DNA from: Candidatus Sericytochromatia bacterium
GTDB lineage: Bacteria; Cyanobacteriota; Sericytochromatia; UBA7694; JACMQJ01
Direction: 5' to 3'
DNA: 64,000 nucleotides
Assembly (NCBI GenBank): GCA_046328075.1
Contig: JAXLXG010000009.1
Location: 59,613-123,612, forward strand
In this document: positions 29,948-40,132 of the stretch, one piece after another
Position numbering within the stretch: the stretch's first letter is position 1
How the letters are laid out: the number at the start of each line of letters is the position of its first letter
Position numbers and translations under genes: made by a program
Notes under the pieces: generated by a model
The model's input: the letters and a program-made list of their open reading frames with translations, nothing else
What the model was told of the DNA's origin: nothing
Database searches by the model: none

Positions 29948-31555
29948 ATGTGTATTAAAGAAGAAATTAATAAAAGAAGAACTTTTGCTATTATATCTCA
30001 CCCAGATGCTGGTAAAACAACACTTACGGAAAAGTTTTTATTATACGGGGGTGCAGTTCAACAAGCAGGTTCTGTAACTGCTCGTAAAAATCAAAGAGCC
30101 TCAACTTCAGATTGGATGGAACTTGAAAGAAAAAGAGGTATCTCTATTACTTCTACAGTTTTACAATTTGATTATAATAATTATAAAATCAATCTTCTAG
30201 ATACACCAGGTCACGAAGACTTCTCTGAAGATACATATAGAATTCTTACTGCTGTTGATGCTGTTATTATGGTTATTGATGCTGCCAAAGGTATAGAAGC
30301 TCAGACACGTAAACTATTTGAGGTTTGTAGTAGAAGAGGAATACCAATTTTCACCTTTATAAATAAATTAGATAGACCAACAAAGGAGCCTATTGAATTA
30401 CTAGATGATATAGAAAATGTTTTAAAAATTGGTACATTTCCTATTAATTGGCCTCTTGGGACTGGTTTAGACTTTAAAGGTGTTTATGATAGATTAGATA
30501 AACAAGTGAATTTATTTGAACGTACAACAGGTGGTGTTTTTAAAGCTCCTGTTGCTATCACAAATCTAAATGATGATTTTGTAAAAGAAAAATTAGGTGA
30601 TAGTTTACATCAAGTTGTTAGCGAAGAAATAGAAATGCTTGATATAGCAGGTTCAGAGTTTGATATAAAACAAGTTTTGGCAGGTAAAATTACTCCTGTA
30701 TTTTTTGGAAGTGCTATGAATAACTTTGGGGTTCAGTTATTGCTTGATGGTTTTTTAAAATACTCTATACCACCTTTGGCTATGGAAAGTACAAAAGGTT
30801 TAATAGAACCAGAAAAAGAAGCATTCTCAGGTTTTGTTTTTAAAATACAGGCGAATATGGATCCAAAGCATAGGGATCGTATTGCATTTATACGTGTTTG
30901 TTCTGGTAAATTTGAAAGAAATATAATGGTAACAAATACAGCAACAGGTAAAAAAATAAGATTATCAAGTGCTCATACTGTTTTTGGTCAACAAAGAGAA
31001 ACTTTAGATGAAGCTTACCCTGGTGATATTGTAGGTTTAATTGGTAATAATAATTTTAGTATTGGTGATACCTTAACAGAAGATGAATCAATAGTTTATA
31101 ATAAAATACCTCAATTTGCACCAGAACATTTTATTTCAATTACTAATCCTAATACATCAGATTATAAAAGGTTTAGGGATGGTTTAGATCAATTATTACA
31201 AGAAGGTGTTGTTCAATCTTTTCAATTAAGAAATTCTTATACAGGAATGACTGTGTATGGTGCTGTAGGGCCTTTACAATTTGAAGTTGTTCAATATAGA
31301 TTAAAAAGTGAATATAATGCAGATTCAAGATCTGAACCAACAAATTGGAGTGTTTTAAGATGGGTACATCCGAAAGTTGATATATCAACACTTGTATCAC
31401 CTCTTTTACCTGTTGGTGCTGTATCTGGTGAAGATAAGTTTGGAAATGCTGTAATATTATTTACTAGTGATTGGTCACTGCAATACTTTATTGAAAAGCA
31501 TCCTGAAATTGAATTATCTGATACACCATTTAAAGTAGAAGTAGCTTTAAAATAA
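29948..31555 (+). CDS. prfC: Peptide chain release factor 3
   Basis: GTPase G1 motif HPDAGKTT, DTPGHEDF, NKLD; matches RF3 over its 535-aa length. Confidence 0.95.
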   Translation: MCIKEEINKRRTFAIISHPDAGKTTLTEKFLLYGGAVQQAGSVTARKNQRASTSDWMELERKRGISITSTVLQFDYNNYKINLLDTPGHEDFSEDTYRILTAVDAVIMVIDAAKGIEAQTRKLFEVCSRRGIPIFTFINKLDRPTKEPIELLDDIENVLKIGTFPINWPLGTGLDFKGVYDRLDKQVNLFERTTGGVFKAPVAITNLNDDFVKEKLGDSLHQVVSEEIEMLDIAGSEFDIKQVLAGKITPVFFGSAMNNFGVQLLLDGFLKYSIPPLAMESTKGLIEPEKEAFSGFVFKIQANMDPKHRDRIAFIRVCSGKFERNIMVTNTATGKKIRLSSAHTVFGQQRETLDEAYPGDIVGLIGNNNFSIGDTLTEDESIVYNKIPQFAPEHFISITNPNTSDYKRFRDGLDQLLQEGVVQSFQLRNSYTGMTVYGAVGPLQFEVVQYRLKSEYNADSRSEPTNWSVLRWVHPKVDISTLVSPLLPVGAVSGEDKFGNAVILFTSDWSLQYFIEKHPEIELSDTPFKVEVALK

Positions 31556-31571
31556 TTATACTAGACTTAAA

Positions 31572-32663
31572 TTAATTTAAATCTTCAATATTAGGTAATA
31601 TATTAGACCAATTGTTATATTTACCTTTATATTCAAGTTTAGATAATAAAAATTTATGCAATTTATTTATATGACTATAAAATATTTTATAGTCATTTTC
31701 TTTATATAAGTAATTATCTAAGTTGATTTTATTTTCGTTCATATCAATACTTTCATATAAAGAGTTTAATATTTTAAATGACTCTTTTAAATCTATACTA
31801 GATATTGATTCGAAAACTTTTTGAGATATAATTTTTATTTCATTCTTTTGTATTTCATTTAAACTTATATATTTTTCAAATGCTTCATTGATAAAATTAG
31901 ATAGAACTCCTGAGTATTGATAAGGAATTAAAGGTAGTTTTTTATTTGAATTATCAATTTTTATAGAATATAAATTTTCACCTATCAATAAATTATTTTT
32001 ATAAAATTTTGTAATAATACTAGGTCTAAAAGAACCATATGCAATACCTATTAATTCGGTTAAATCTTTAGAAATTGAATTTATATATTGAAAATTATAG
32101 TTATCAGTGTTTATTTGAAATATAATTTTAGTACTTAATGTATTTTTAAGCTGACTATTAGAAAATATTTTATTATTGTTAAAATCTGGATTCCCTTCTA
32201 ATATAACTTTTAAATTATTATCTTTATAATTGAGACTTAAATTTGTACTATTTATAATTTCATTATCAACTTTCATTTCATCATAAGAAATTAATAAGTT
32301 TGGGATTAGATATTCTATAGAATCAGGTTTTTCTATTAATTCTGAAATAATTTCACTTGCTTTAAATTTAAAATTATAAGAATAGAGATAGACTTCTTTC
32401 CACTCAATCATTAACATATTTTTTATTGTATATTTTATATTATTATGATTAAACTCTAAACTGTAGTTCTCGTATAGTATTTCATAGGGGGAGCTAATCG
32501 CAGAGCCAGACATTTTAACTGATATATTAATAAATTCTCCACTATTTAAATCTGACACATCTGTATTTATTTTAAAACTTACATATTCAGATAACTTTAT
32601 TTTATCTTGCTTTAATAGTGCTGAATTACCTGAGTATTCATATAAGCTTTTGTATTGTGTCAT
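31572..32663 (-). CDS. Hypothetical protein (363 aa), no recognisable domain
   Basis: Long ORF converging on the prfC stop, followed upstream by a 665-bp ORF-free AT-rich region. Confidence 0.5.
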   Translation of the reverse strand: MTQYKSLYEYSGNSALLKQDKIKLSEYVSFKINTDVSDLNSGEFINISVKMSGSAISSPYEILYENYSLEFNHNNIKYTIKNMLMIEWKEVYLYSYNFKFKASEIISELIEKPDSIEYLIPNLLISYDEMKVDNEIINSTNLSLNYKDNNLKVILEGNPDFNNNKIFSNSQLKNTLSTKIIFQINTDNYNFQYINSISKDLTELIGIAYGSFRPSIITKFYKNNLLIGENLYSIKIDNSNKKLPLIPYQYSGVLSNFINEAFEKYISLNEIQKNEIKIISQKVFESISSIDLKESFKILNSLYESIDMNENKINLDNYLYKENDYKIFYSHINKLHKFLLSKLEYKGKYNNWSNILPNIEDLN

Positions 32664-33328
32664 AATATTTTATTTTACTTCCATTATCTATAGTTATTAT
32701 AATATTATTAATTTTACTAGAAATCCTATCCTTTACTTTTTTTATAAATAATTATTCTCCTAATTTAATAATCTAATCTATTATTATGTTTTTATATCTT
32801 AGATAACAGCAATTTTTAGATTTATTTAATTTTTTATATTAAAAATCTATTATATTTCACTTTCATAATAAATGAAGAATCTTAGTTTTTGTTCTATACT
32901 AAGTAATAGCAAGTATATTAGAGTTTTAAACATCTTTATAAGATATTAAAAAGATAATATTTAAGCTTTAGAGATTAGAACTATTAATATAAATTAATAA
33001 ATCTAACTTATACAATTATAAATTAAGTATTGTATAATTAACTTAATTTAATTAGTATTAGGTCTTTTTAAGATATTTGAGCTTATAATTTTAATATAAA
33101 TTATTTTGATTTTGAATTTAACAATAACCGCTAATATCAATTCTTTTTGAATATTTATTAGTATTAATAATTTATCATGTTTTTAATTGTTAATATTCTC
33201 AAAACTATTTGGAAATGGATATTAGCACCAAACTTAAAATTGATAAGCAGAATTAGGAATCATATAAAAATTTTACTAATAAAGTTCTCTTTTGGGGATT
33301 TATTTTTGTTAATAGGTAAAGATTAAAA

Positions 33329-35623
33329 ATGAAAAAGTTAAGATTTGGTTTATTATTTATTTTAAGTGCTAGTTTGTTAACAGTATCTTGTGAAACAAAA
33401 TTTGATATATCAAAAACTATTGATGTAGAAAGTAAAAAAAATCTAAATACAAAATTAAGTGGATTAGTTGAATTTCCAAATTCTTTTTCTATAAAAGCTA
33501 ATGCGTCTGATATTATAGATAAATCAACTGTATCTTTAATTGTTCCACCAAATAAAACTAATGCAAACACAACTATTGCTTCAGGTATTACAAATTCTTT
33601 AGGAACTTTTACGATAAATCCAGATCCAAATTTTAAACCTCAAATAGATGATATATATATTTTAGAAGCAAGTAAAAGATTAGGTGGTGAAGGTAAACCT
33701 GTCTTAACGATGAAAACATTTATAAAATGGACATCTAATGGATGGACTAGTATAAGTGGCACAAATATTAATATAAATACAAGAACGACAGCTATATCTA
33801 TTATGAGTGGATATAATCCAACAATTTTGCCTCCAAGTGATACTATTGGTAAAATAACTATTATTAATGGTGTTTCTACTCTTTCAGATATAAATTCAAA
33901 TGTAGATATACAAAAAGTTTTAAATGTTGAAAATTTAGTTAACTCTTCACTGACAAATAATGATGATCCTACATTTAAAATAACTTACATTAATGGCTTT
34001 TTATCATATCAAAATAGTTCAGTTTTATACACAAGTCCCAATCCATCACCTAGCCCATCAACTTCTACAGGTTCAGGGTCTAGTTCAGTAACATCTTTAG
34101 TATATGGTAAAGTATTTGATCCAAATGATGTTCCTGTTGAAAAAGCCATAGTTACAGCAAAAATCATAGATTCAGGTTATAGTTGGACTAGTCTACCCCA
34201 AGAAACAGTTGGGGGAGCATACGTTTTTAGAGATGTTCCTGTTGGTGTTAGACTTCTTATAACAGTTACAAAAAGTGATTGGACAACAAGAGAAAGAACT
34301 GAAATAGTAAAACCTGTTTTAACAGGAGATGTTTCAGTAAATGAATACAATTTTAATAAAATATACGCAATTCAAGATGAACCAGAAATCACAATGTTAA
34401 AAGTGAATGGGAGACAGGTTACAAGCTCCTCAAATGGGGATGCTTTTTTAACAACATCTAATTCACCTAAGTATATGAAACCAACTCCAACACAAATGGA
34501 TATTGGAACTCAAATTACAGATATTGGCAATGTTCCTAGTTTAACAGGTGTTAATAGCAATGCAATGGAAATTGAAATGACATTTAGTGAATCTATTAAA
34601 GTTTCAGATGTTTTAAGCTATTTTAGATTAGTTTCACAATCTGGTTTTGATAATAGACCTACAAATTTCACAGTTGATGGAAATTACTCAGGCGTTGAAT
34701 TTGTTGTTTCAGCAGATGAAAAAACAATTATCTTTAAGACAAATAAAGCTCTTTTAACAAATAAAGGTGGAGATGAAGCTAGATACTTAATAGACTTCTC
34801 ACAAGCTTTTAGAGATAAGACAGATAAAGCAGCAATTGATAGAAGATATTTTAGATTTAGCCCATCTCAAATTAATGATTTTGCTGTATTCTCATTAAGG
34901 AATGATGAAACCGCTCCTAAACTACTTGGAATTACAGCTAGAGATGGTGGTTCAGCTAACGATACAATCGAATTAAGATACAGTGAACCTATGGAACTTA
35001 TTAATTTAGCTGGATACACTTCTGCTTTAGCTGATCCTTTAGCTCCATCAAATCTTTCAAGACAATTATGGTATAGAGATGCTAATACAGTAATGGCAAA
35101 TTCAGCCCCTGTTGCTAACAGCACAGCTGATAACAACGCTACATTAGTTGGTTTTTTATATAATTCAGACATAGATCCAGCACAATTTAGAGCTAGTTAC
35201 ATGATTGGAAGAATACTTTCTTCTGAAATTTCAAGTACAACAACTAATACTCTTAAAACCTCAATTCTTGGTTCAGTCACAAGAACACCTAAAACAACAC
35301 CAGTTAAAGGTAATACAACAGCTAATGACCTTTTAAGAAATTCTAGAGTAACTGGTTCAAATGTTTTACTTGAGTTTAGTCCAACTGCTTTTGATAGAGA
35401 TGATAGAGTAATAGTTTCAGTTGGAAAAGGAATTGAAGGTAATTTTATAGATAGAAATAGAACACCTTCAATTAATGATGATTTAAGAGTAAATATATCA
35501 GGAACAGCAGTTGAATATTCTGCAATCTATGATCCAGCAGGAAGATTAATGGATTCAGGTGAGCCTACATCATCAGCTAATATTGATGCTAATAATAGCC
35601 AAAGAGTTGCAACAGCTAGTTAA
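33329..35623 (+). CDS. Large surface lipoprotein (764 aa) with a PS/ST-rich linker and a carboxypeptidase-regulatory-like beta-sandwich segment
   Basis: Lipobox LLTVSC, linker SPNPSPSPSTSTGSGSSS, then YGKVFDPNDVPVEKAIVTAK...GGAYVFRDVPVG, which resembles the CarboxypepD_reg fold. Confidence 0.55.
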   Translation: MKKLRFGLLFILSASLLTVSCETKFDISKTIDVESKKNLNTKLSGLVEFPNSFSIKANASDIIDKSTVSLIVPPNKTNANTTIASGITNSLGTFTINPDPNFKPQIDDIYILEASKRLGGEGKPVLTMKTFIKWTSNGWTSISGTNININTRTTAISIMSGYNPTILPPSDTIGKITIINGVSTLSDINSNVDIQKVLNVENLVNSSLTNNDDPTFKITYINGFLSYQNSSVLYTSPNPSPSPSTSTGSGSSSVTSLVYGKVFDPNDVPVEKAIVTAKIIDSGYSWTSLPQETVGGAYVFRDVPVGVRLLITVTKSDWTTRERTEIVKPVLTGDVSVNEYNFNKIYAIQDEPEITMLKVNGRQVTSSSNGDAFLTTSNSPKYMKPTPTQMDIGTQITDIGNVPSLTGVNSNAMEIEMTFSESIKVSDVLSYFRLVSQSGFDNRPTNFTVDGNYSGVEFVVSADEKTIIFKTNKALLTNKGGDEARYLIDFSQAFRDKTDKAAIDRRYFRFSPSQINDFAVFSLRNDETAPKLLGITARDGGSANDTIELRYSEPMELINLAGYTSALADPLAPSNLSRQLWYRDANTVMANSAPVANSTADNNATLVGFLYNSDIDPAQFRASYMIGRILSSEISSTTTNTLKTSILGSVTRTPKTTPVKGNTTANDLLRNSRVTGSNVLLEFSPTAFDRDDRVIVSVGKGIEGNFIDRNRTPSINDDLRVNISGTAVEYSAIYDPAGRLMDSGEPTSSANIDANNSQRVATAS

Positions 35624-35650
35624 GATTTATTAGATTTAAAGTAAATTGTA

Positions 35651-37536
35651 TTAAGGAAATGATTTATAATTCCAGACTTTGATCCTTAAGTCATTTCCAC
35701 CTGTTATAAAAAATTTTATATTCTCATTTAATGCAATTTTACTTATTCCTAAGCTATGATTAGAGTAAAACTCACTATTAGTTCCTGTTTTTATATTCCA
35801 GAACTTCACCATTCCATCATAATGTGAACTAACAAGTGTATTATTTTCTATAAACTTTATATCTGTTACTTCAGAAGTATTTTTTAAAGTAATGATTTTT
35901 TCAAAGTTATAATTAAAGATAATTATTGAATGATTTTTAAGAACACAAGCAAAGTAATTATTATTTTTTTCAATTATCTCAATTTTATCATTTAAATAAA
36001 TTCTATTTAACTCTTTTCCTGTTGTTAAAGTATGTTCAATAATAAAGCCATCATCACCAACACTTATGATAGAATAATTTTCTTTTAGATAGAATAAATC
36101 ATTTACTGAATCTGTATGATTAGTTAGTTCTAAAAATTGTTCTCCTGTTAAACAGTTACAAATTTTAATTTTTTTATCTGTAGAACAAATTGCAATAAGC
36201 TCTTTTTCAGGTATAAAAGTAATTTTATTAATTCTTTGAGTATTACTCTCTATTTCTAAAATTTCCTTATATAAGTTTAAATCAAAGATTTTTATTTTTT
36301 TAGTTCCATAGGCAATAATATTTTTAATAGGGTTATATGCTAAACAATCTGCTTCTGTAATACCAAAGATTTTATCAGCTGTCATATTTTCTAAATCCCA
36401 AATTATAAAATCTTGAGAAGAGGAGCTAATAAAAGTTTTATCATTAATAAATAAAATAGAATTATAATAATCAGAATTTTGAGCTAATTCTTTAACTTTA
36501 AGTCCACTTTCTATATCAATAATAGATATTTGAAATCCATCTACATCTGAATAAGACAAATATTTATTTGATGAACTTAAAGTACTTATTAAATCATAGC
36601 TATACCTTGAATTGATTTGATTTATAGAATAAATAAGTTCATCTTTTTCTAAATCCAAAATTGATATAGAATCATAGTCAACAACTATTATTAATTTAGA
36701 ATCATTACTAAAATATGAATAAATGTCATTTTTATAATTTTTAGACATTATATTTTTAATTAATATTTCATCTATACTTCTTATAAATATTTCAAAAACA
36801 TTTAATGTAGATGTATTATCTAAATTTTTTACTATTACCGAAATAATATTTTTATTTTTACTTAATTCAATATGATAAATATTTGTTTCTGTTGAAAATA
36901 TATTTGTTTTTTTATCATTAACAAAATCATATAAAAATATCGAATTCTTACTCTGAATTATTAATAATTCTAAATTTTCTAACTCTAAACAAGTTTTATC
37001 GTAAAAAAATAATGGAACAAATTTTAAAAAATATATTACAGTATCAAAATAAAATTTACTTTTTATGTCTTTAAATGAATTACTATAGATTGATTCTACA
37101 TTCCAAATGGTAAGTAGTGAAGAATTAGAACCATTAATATTATTATTAATACTGACTAAAAGCTTACTATCTCTTGAAAAAGACATTGAAGTTATATCAT
37201 CAAGATGTTGATTATTATTGTACTCAGATTCTAAACCACCTAAAATAAAGGATTCTTGTGAATTTATATCAATTATTTGTATATAAGGAGTATCTCCACC
37301 TGAGATTGCAAGTAAATTACCATCGCTATTTAAAGCATAAGAATTTATTCCTCCATAAAAAAAATCTTCTTCAAATATAGGAGTATAGTTTTTAGTTTCC
37401 CAGAATATTACTGTTCCTCTTTTTGTATCATTTATACTTATTAAGTATTTATCATCATTCGTAAAAAATAAATAACTTATTTCACCATGTGGATAATCAA
37501 ATGTATGTATTAAATCTAAATCTACTACATATTCAT
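35651..37536 (-). pseudogene. WD40 / beta-propeller repeat protein gene, 3' portion, interrupted by IS630 insertion
   Basis: The track ORF starts at 37186, but the frame is open without stops up to the IS630 copy 2 boundary at 37536 (..EYVVDLDLIHTFDYPHGEISYLFFTNDDKYLISIND..). WD-like repeats run throughout. Confidence 0.7.
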
Positions 37537-38585
37537 TATACTAACAATTAATTGGTTTGCATTTTTTTAATATGAAATTTTAAAGTAAGTAATGACTTAA
37601 GTTTAGATTCATATTTATTAGTATTGTTAAAGAAGTTCATAATATTTTCTTTAAATTCTGAGAAAGTTCTATAGAAAGTAGAATTTATTAGCTCTTTTTA
37701 TAAACTTCCAAAGCCGTTCAATAATATTAAGATTAGGAGAGTATGGAGGTAAAAATATTTGTTCTATTTTAGATGTTTTAAGCCATTCTTCTAGGATTTT
37801 ATTTTTATAATATCGAGCATTATCACAAATGACATAAATTTTAGTTTTATTAGGATTTCTTAACTCAAGTTCTTTATATAGCTCAATTGTACTTTGCATA
37901 TTTATTGTAGGACTTTCTATTGCTATTATATCTGTTACATCATTAGCATTTAACAAACCATTTATGTTTAATCTTTGCCTACCACTTACTGCTTTTATTT
38001 CTTTTTCTTCACCTTTCAATATCCAACCATAACTACTCTTTGTATTATGTTGAGGATGAACTGCATCTGCAAAATAAATTGATTCTGTTTCTGGTAAATT
38101 AGTATTTAAAAATTCAAAATTCTCTATAAATTCTAGTTGCTTAACTACATCATAATTACAAGGTTCTAGCTTTGTTTTCTTATAACTAAAACCTAATTTG
38201 TGTAACAAAGGAACTAGACCTTCTGGTGTGTAAATTACATTAAATTCTTGCTCTATATAATCACAAATTGAACGACTTGTTAAGTGTAAATTTGTTGACA
38301 ATTCTAATTTCAATAAATATTTTTGTTCTATACTTAATTTACCTGTATTTATATGATAATTACTAGATAAGTATTTATCTAAACCTAATGATACATAACT
38401 ATTCATATATCTTCTAACTGTTGATATATCTATTCCCAAATATCTTGAAACAAACTCAAATGATAAACCATCATTTAACATTAAAATTGATGTTATTTTT
38501 ACATAGTCTTTTTTATACTTCTCATTTCTTTGAAGTTCTCTCAGAAGTTCTATTTCTTCTAATGATAAATTTAATTTCTCTAACA
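37537..38585 (-). mobile_element. IS630-family copy 2, truncated: its right-end ~75 bp is replaced by copy 3
   Basis: Left inverted repeat plus body identical to copy 1. The element ends at the transposase start codon, where the copy 3 left inverted repeat begins. Confidence 0.85.
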
Positions 38586-38586
38586 T
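37669..38586 (-). pseudogene. IS630 transposase with a -1 frameshift (T7 to T6 at ~37695) and no promoter/right end
   Basis: Identical to the 346-aa transposase up to ..KFIK, then the frame changes (RANKFYFL*). Confidence 0.8.
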
Positions 38587-39715
38587 ATACTAACAATTAA
38601 TTGGTTTGCATTTTTTTAATATGAAATTTTAAAGTAAGTAATGACTTAAGTTTAGATTCATATTTATTAGTATTGTTAAAGAAGTTCATAATATTTTCTT
38701 TAAATTCTGAGAAAGTTCTATAGAAAGTAGAATTTATTAGCTCTTTTTTTATAAACTTCCAAAGCCGTTCAATAATATTAAGATTAGGAGAGTATGGAGG
38801 TAAAAATATTTGTTCTATTTTAGATGTTTTAAGCCATTCTTCTAGGATTTTATTTTTATAATATCGAGCATTATCACAAATGACATAAATTTTAGTTTTA
38901 TTAGGATTTCTTAACTCAAGTTCTTTATATAGCTCAATTGTACTTTGCATATTTATTGTAGGACTTTCTATTGCTATTATATCTGTTACATCATTAGCAT
39001 TTAACAAACCATTTATGTTTAATCTTTGCCTACCACTTACTGCTTTTATTTCTTTTTCTTCACCTTTCAATATCCAACCATAACTACTCTTTGTATTATG
39101 TTGAGGATGAACTGCATCTGCAAAATAAATTGATTCTGTTTCTGGTAAATTAGTATTTAAAAATTCAAAATTCTCTATAAATTCTAGTTGCTTAACTACA
39201 TCATAATTACAAGGTTCTAGCTTTGTTTTCTTATAACTAAAACCTAATTTGTGTAACAAAGGAACTAGACCTTCTGGTGTGTAAATTACATTAAATTCTT
39301 GCTCTATATAATCACAAATTGAACGACTTGTTAAGTGTAAATTTGTTGACAATTCTAATTTCAATAAATATTTTTGTTCTATACTTAATTTACCTGTATT
39401 TATATGATAATTACTAGATAAGTATTTATCTAAACCTAATGATACATAACTATTCATATATCTTCTAACTGTTGATATATCTATTCCCAAATATCTTGAA
39501 ACAAACTCAAATGATAAACCATCATTTAACATTAAAATTGATGTTATTTTTACATAGTCTTTTTTATACTTCTCATTTCTTTGAAGTTCTCTCAGAAGTT
39601 CTATTTCTTCTAATGATAAATTTAATTTCTCTAACATACATTCACAATATATCTTTTTTAGCTATTTGACAAATATTTTTATTCTTTTATTGCAAACTAA
39701 TTAATTGCAAGTATA
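38586..39715 (-). mobile_element. IS630-family copy 3, complete
   Basis: Both inverted repeats are present and the sequence is identical to copy 1, including the right-end segment. Confidence 0.9.
38597..39637 (-). CDS. IS630-family DDE transposase
   Basis: 346 aa, identical to the copy 1 protein. Confidence 0.9.
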   Translation of the reverse strand: MLEKLNLSLEEIELLRELQRNEKYKKDYVKITSILMLNDGLSFEFVSRYLGIDISTVRRYMNSYVSLGLDKYLSSNYHINTGKLSIEQKYLLKLELSTNLHLTSRSICDYIEQEFNVIYTPEGLVPLLHKLGFSYKKTKLEPCNYDVVKQLEFIENFEFLNTNLPETESIYFADAVHPQHNTKSSYGWILKGEEKEIKAVSGRQRLNINGLLNANDVTDIIAIESPTINMQSTIELYKELELRNPNKTKIYVICDNARYYKNKILEEWLKTSKIEQIFLPPYSPNLNIIERLWKFIKKELINSTFYRTFSEFKENIMNFFNNTNKYESKLKSLLTLKFHIKKMQTN

Positions 39716-39999
39716 TTTATATTTTTATATACCTCAAAAAGTACTTTAAAGATTTCTTCTTGTTTAAGTTTTAAGTCGTTAATTGCAAATTCAATTTCTC
39801 TCTTAAAATCAATAGTTTCAATATTCTCTAATAATGATTGGTTTCTTTGTAGCCTAAAATTTAAATCATCAAAGATTTTTTTAAAATTATTTGATTTAAA
39901 ATTAATAATTAAACTTTTATCTTTCTTAAATTCATTTATATATTTTCTAATATCATTTATTAATTCTTTTAAATCCATTAAAAACCAACTCTTAATCAA
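39716..39999 (-). pseudogene. N-terminal ~95-codon fragment of the IS-interrupted WD40-propeller gene
   Basis: ORF 39697..39999 takes its last six codons and its stop from inside the IS right end. Joining 39716.. to ..37536 across one TA gives the in-frame junction ..EVYKNIN-NEYVVDLDL.. Confidence 0.65.
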
Positions 40000-40132
40000 T
40001 AGTTTAACAATTTTTATATTTGTAATAAAAACAATACAAGATTTATAACTGACAATGAATGAATTATATATGAAATCAAAATCAATTAGGCTATAATTCT
40101 TAGCAATATATACGATAGGAAAAGTTTTAGTT

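Noticed and set aside
32664-33328. AT-rich 665-bp repeat-laden spacer as a possible CRISPR array
   Set aside because: No regularly spaced identical direct repeats of 25-40 bp. Only low-complexity A/T oligomers. No cas genes in the window.
33253-33570. 105-aa minus-strand ORF overlapping the start of the 764-aa lipoprotein gene
   Set aside because: It overlaps a gene with a clear signal peptide and lipobox on the other strand. No independent support.
3425-39715. Possible IS630-bounded composite transposon carrying the intervening 33 kb
   Set aside because: The interval consists of core housekeeping genes, and each IS has its own TA duplication and disrupts a different host gene. It is better explained as independent insertions.
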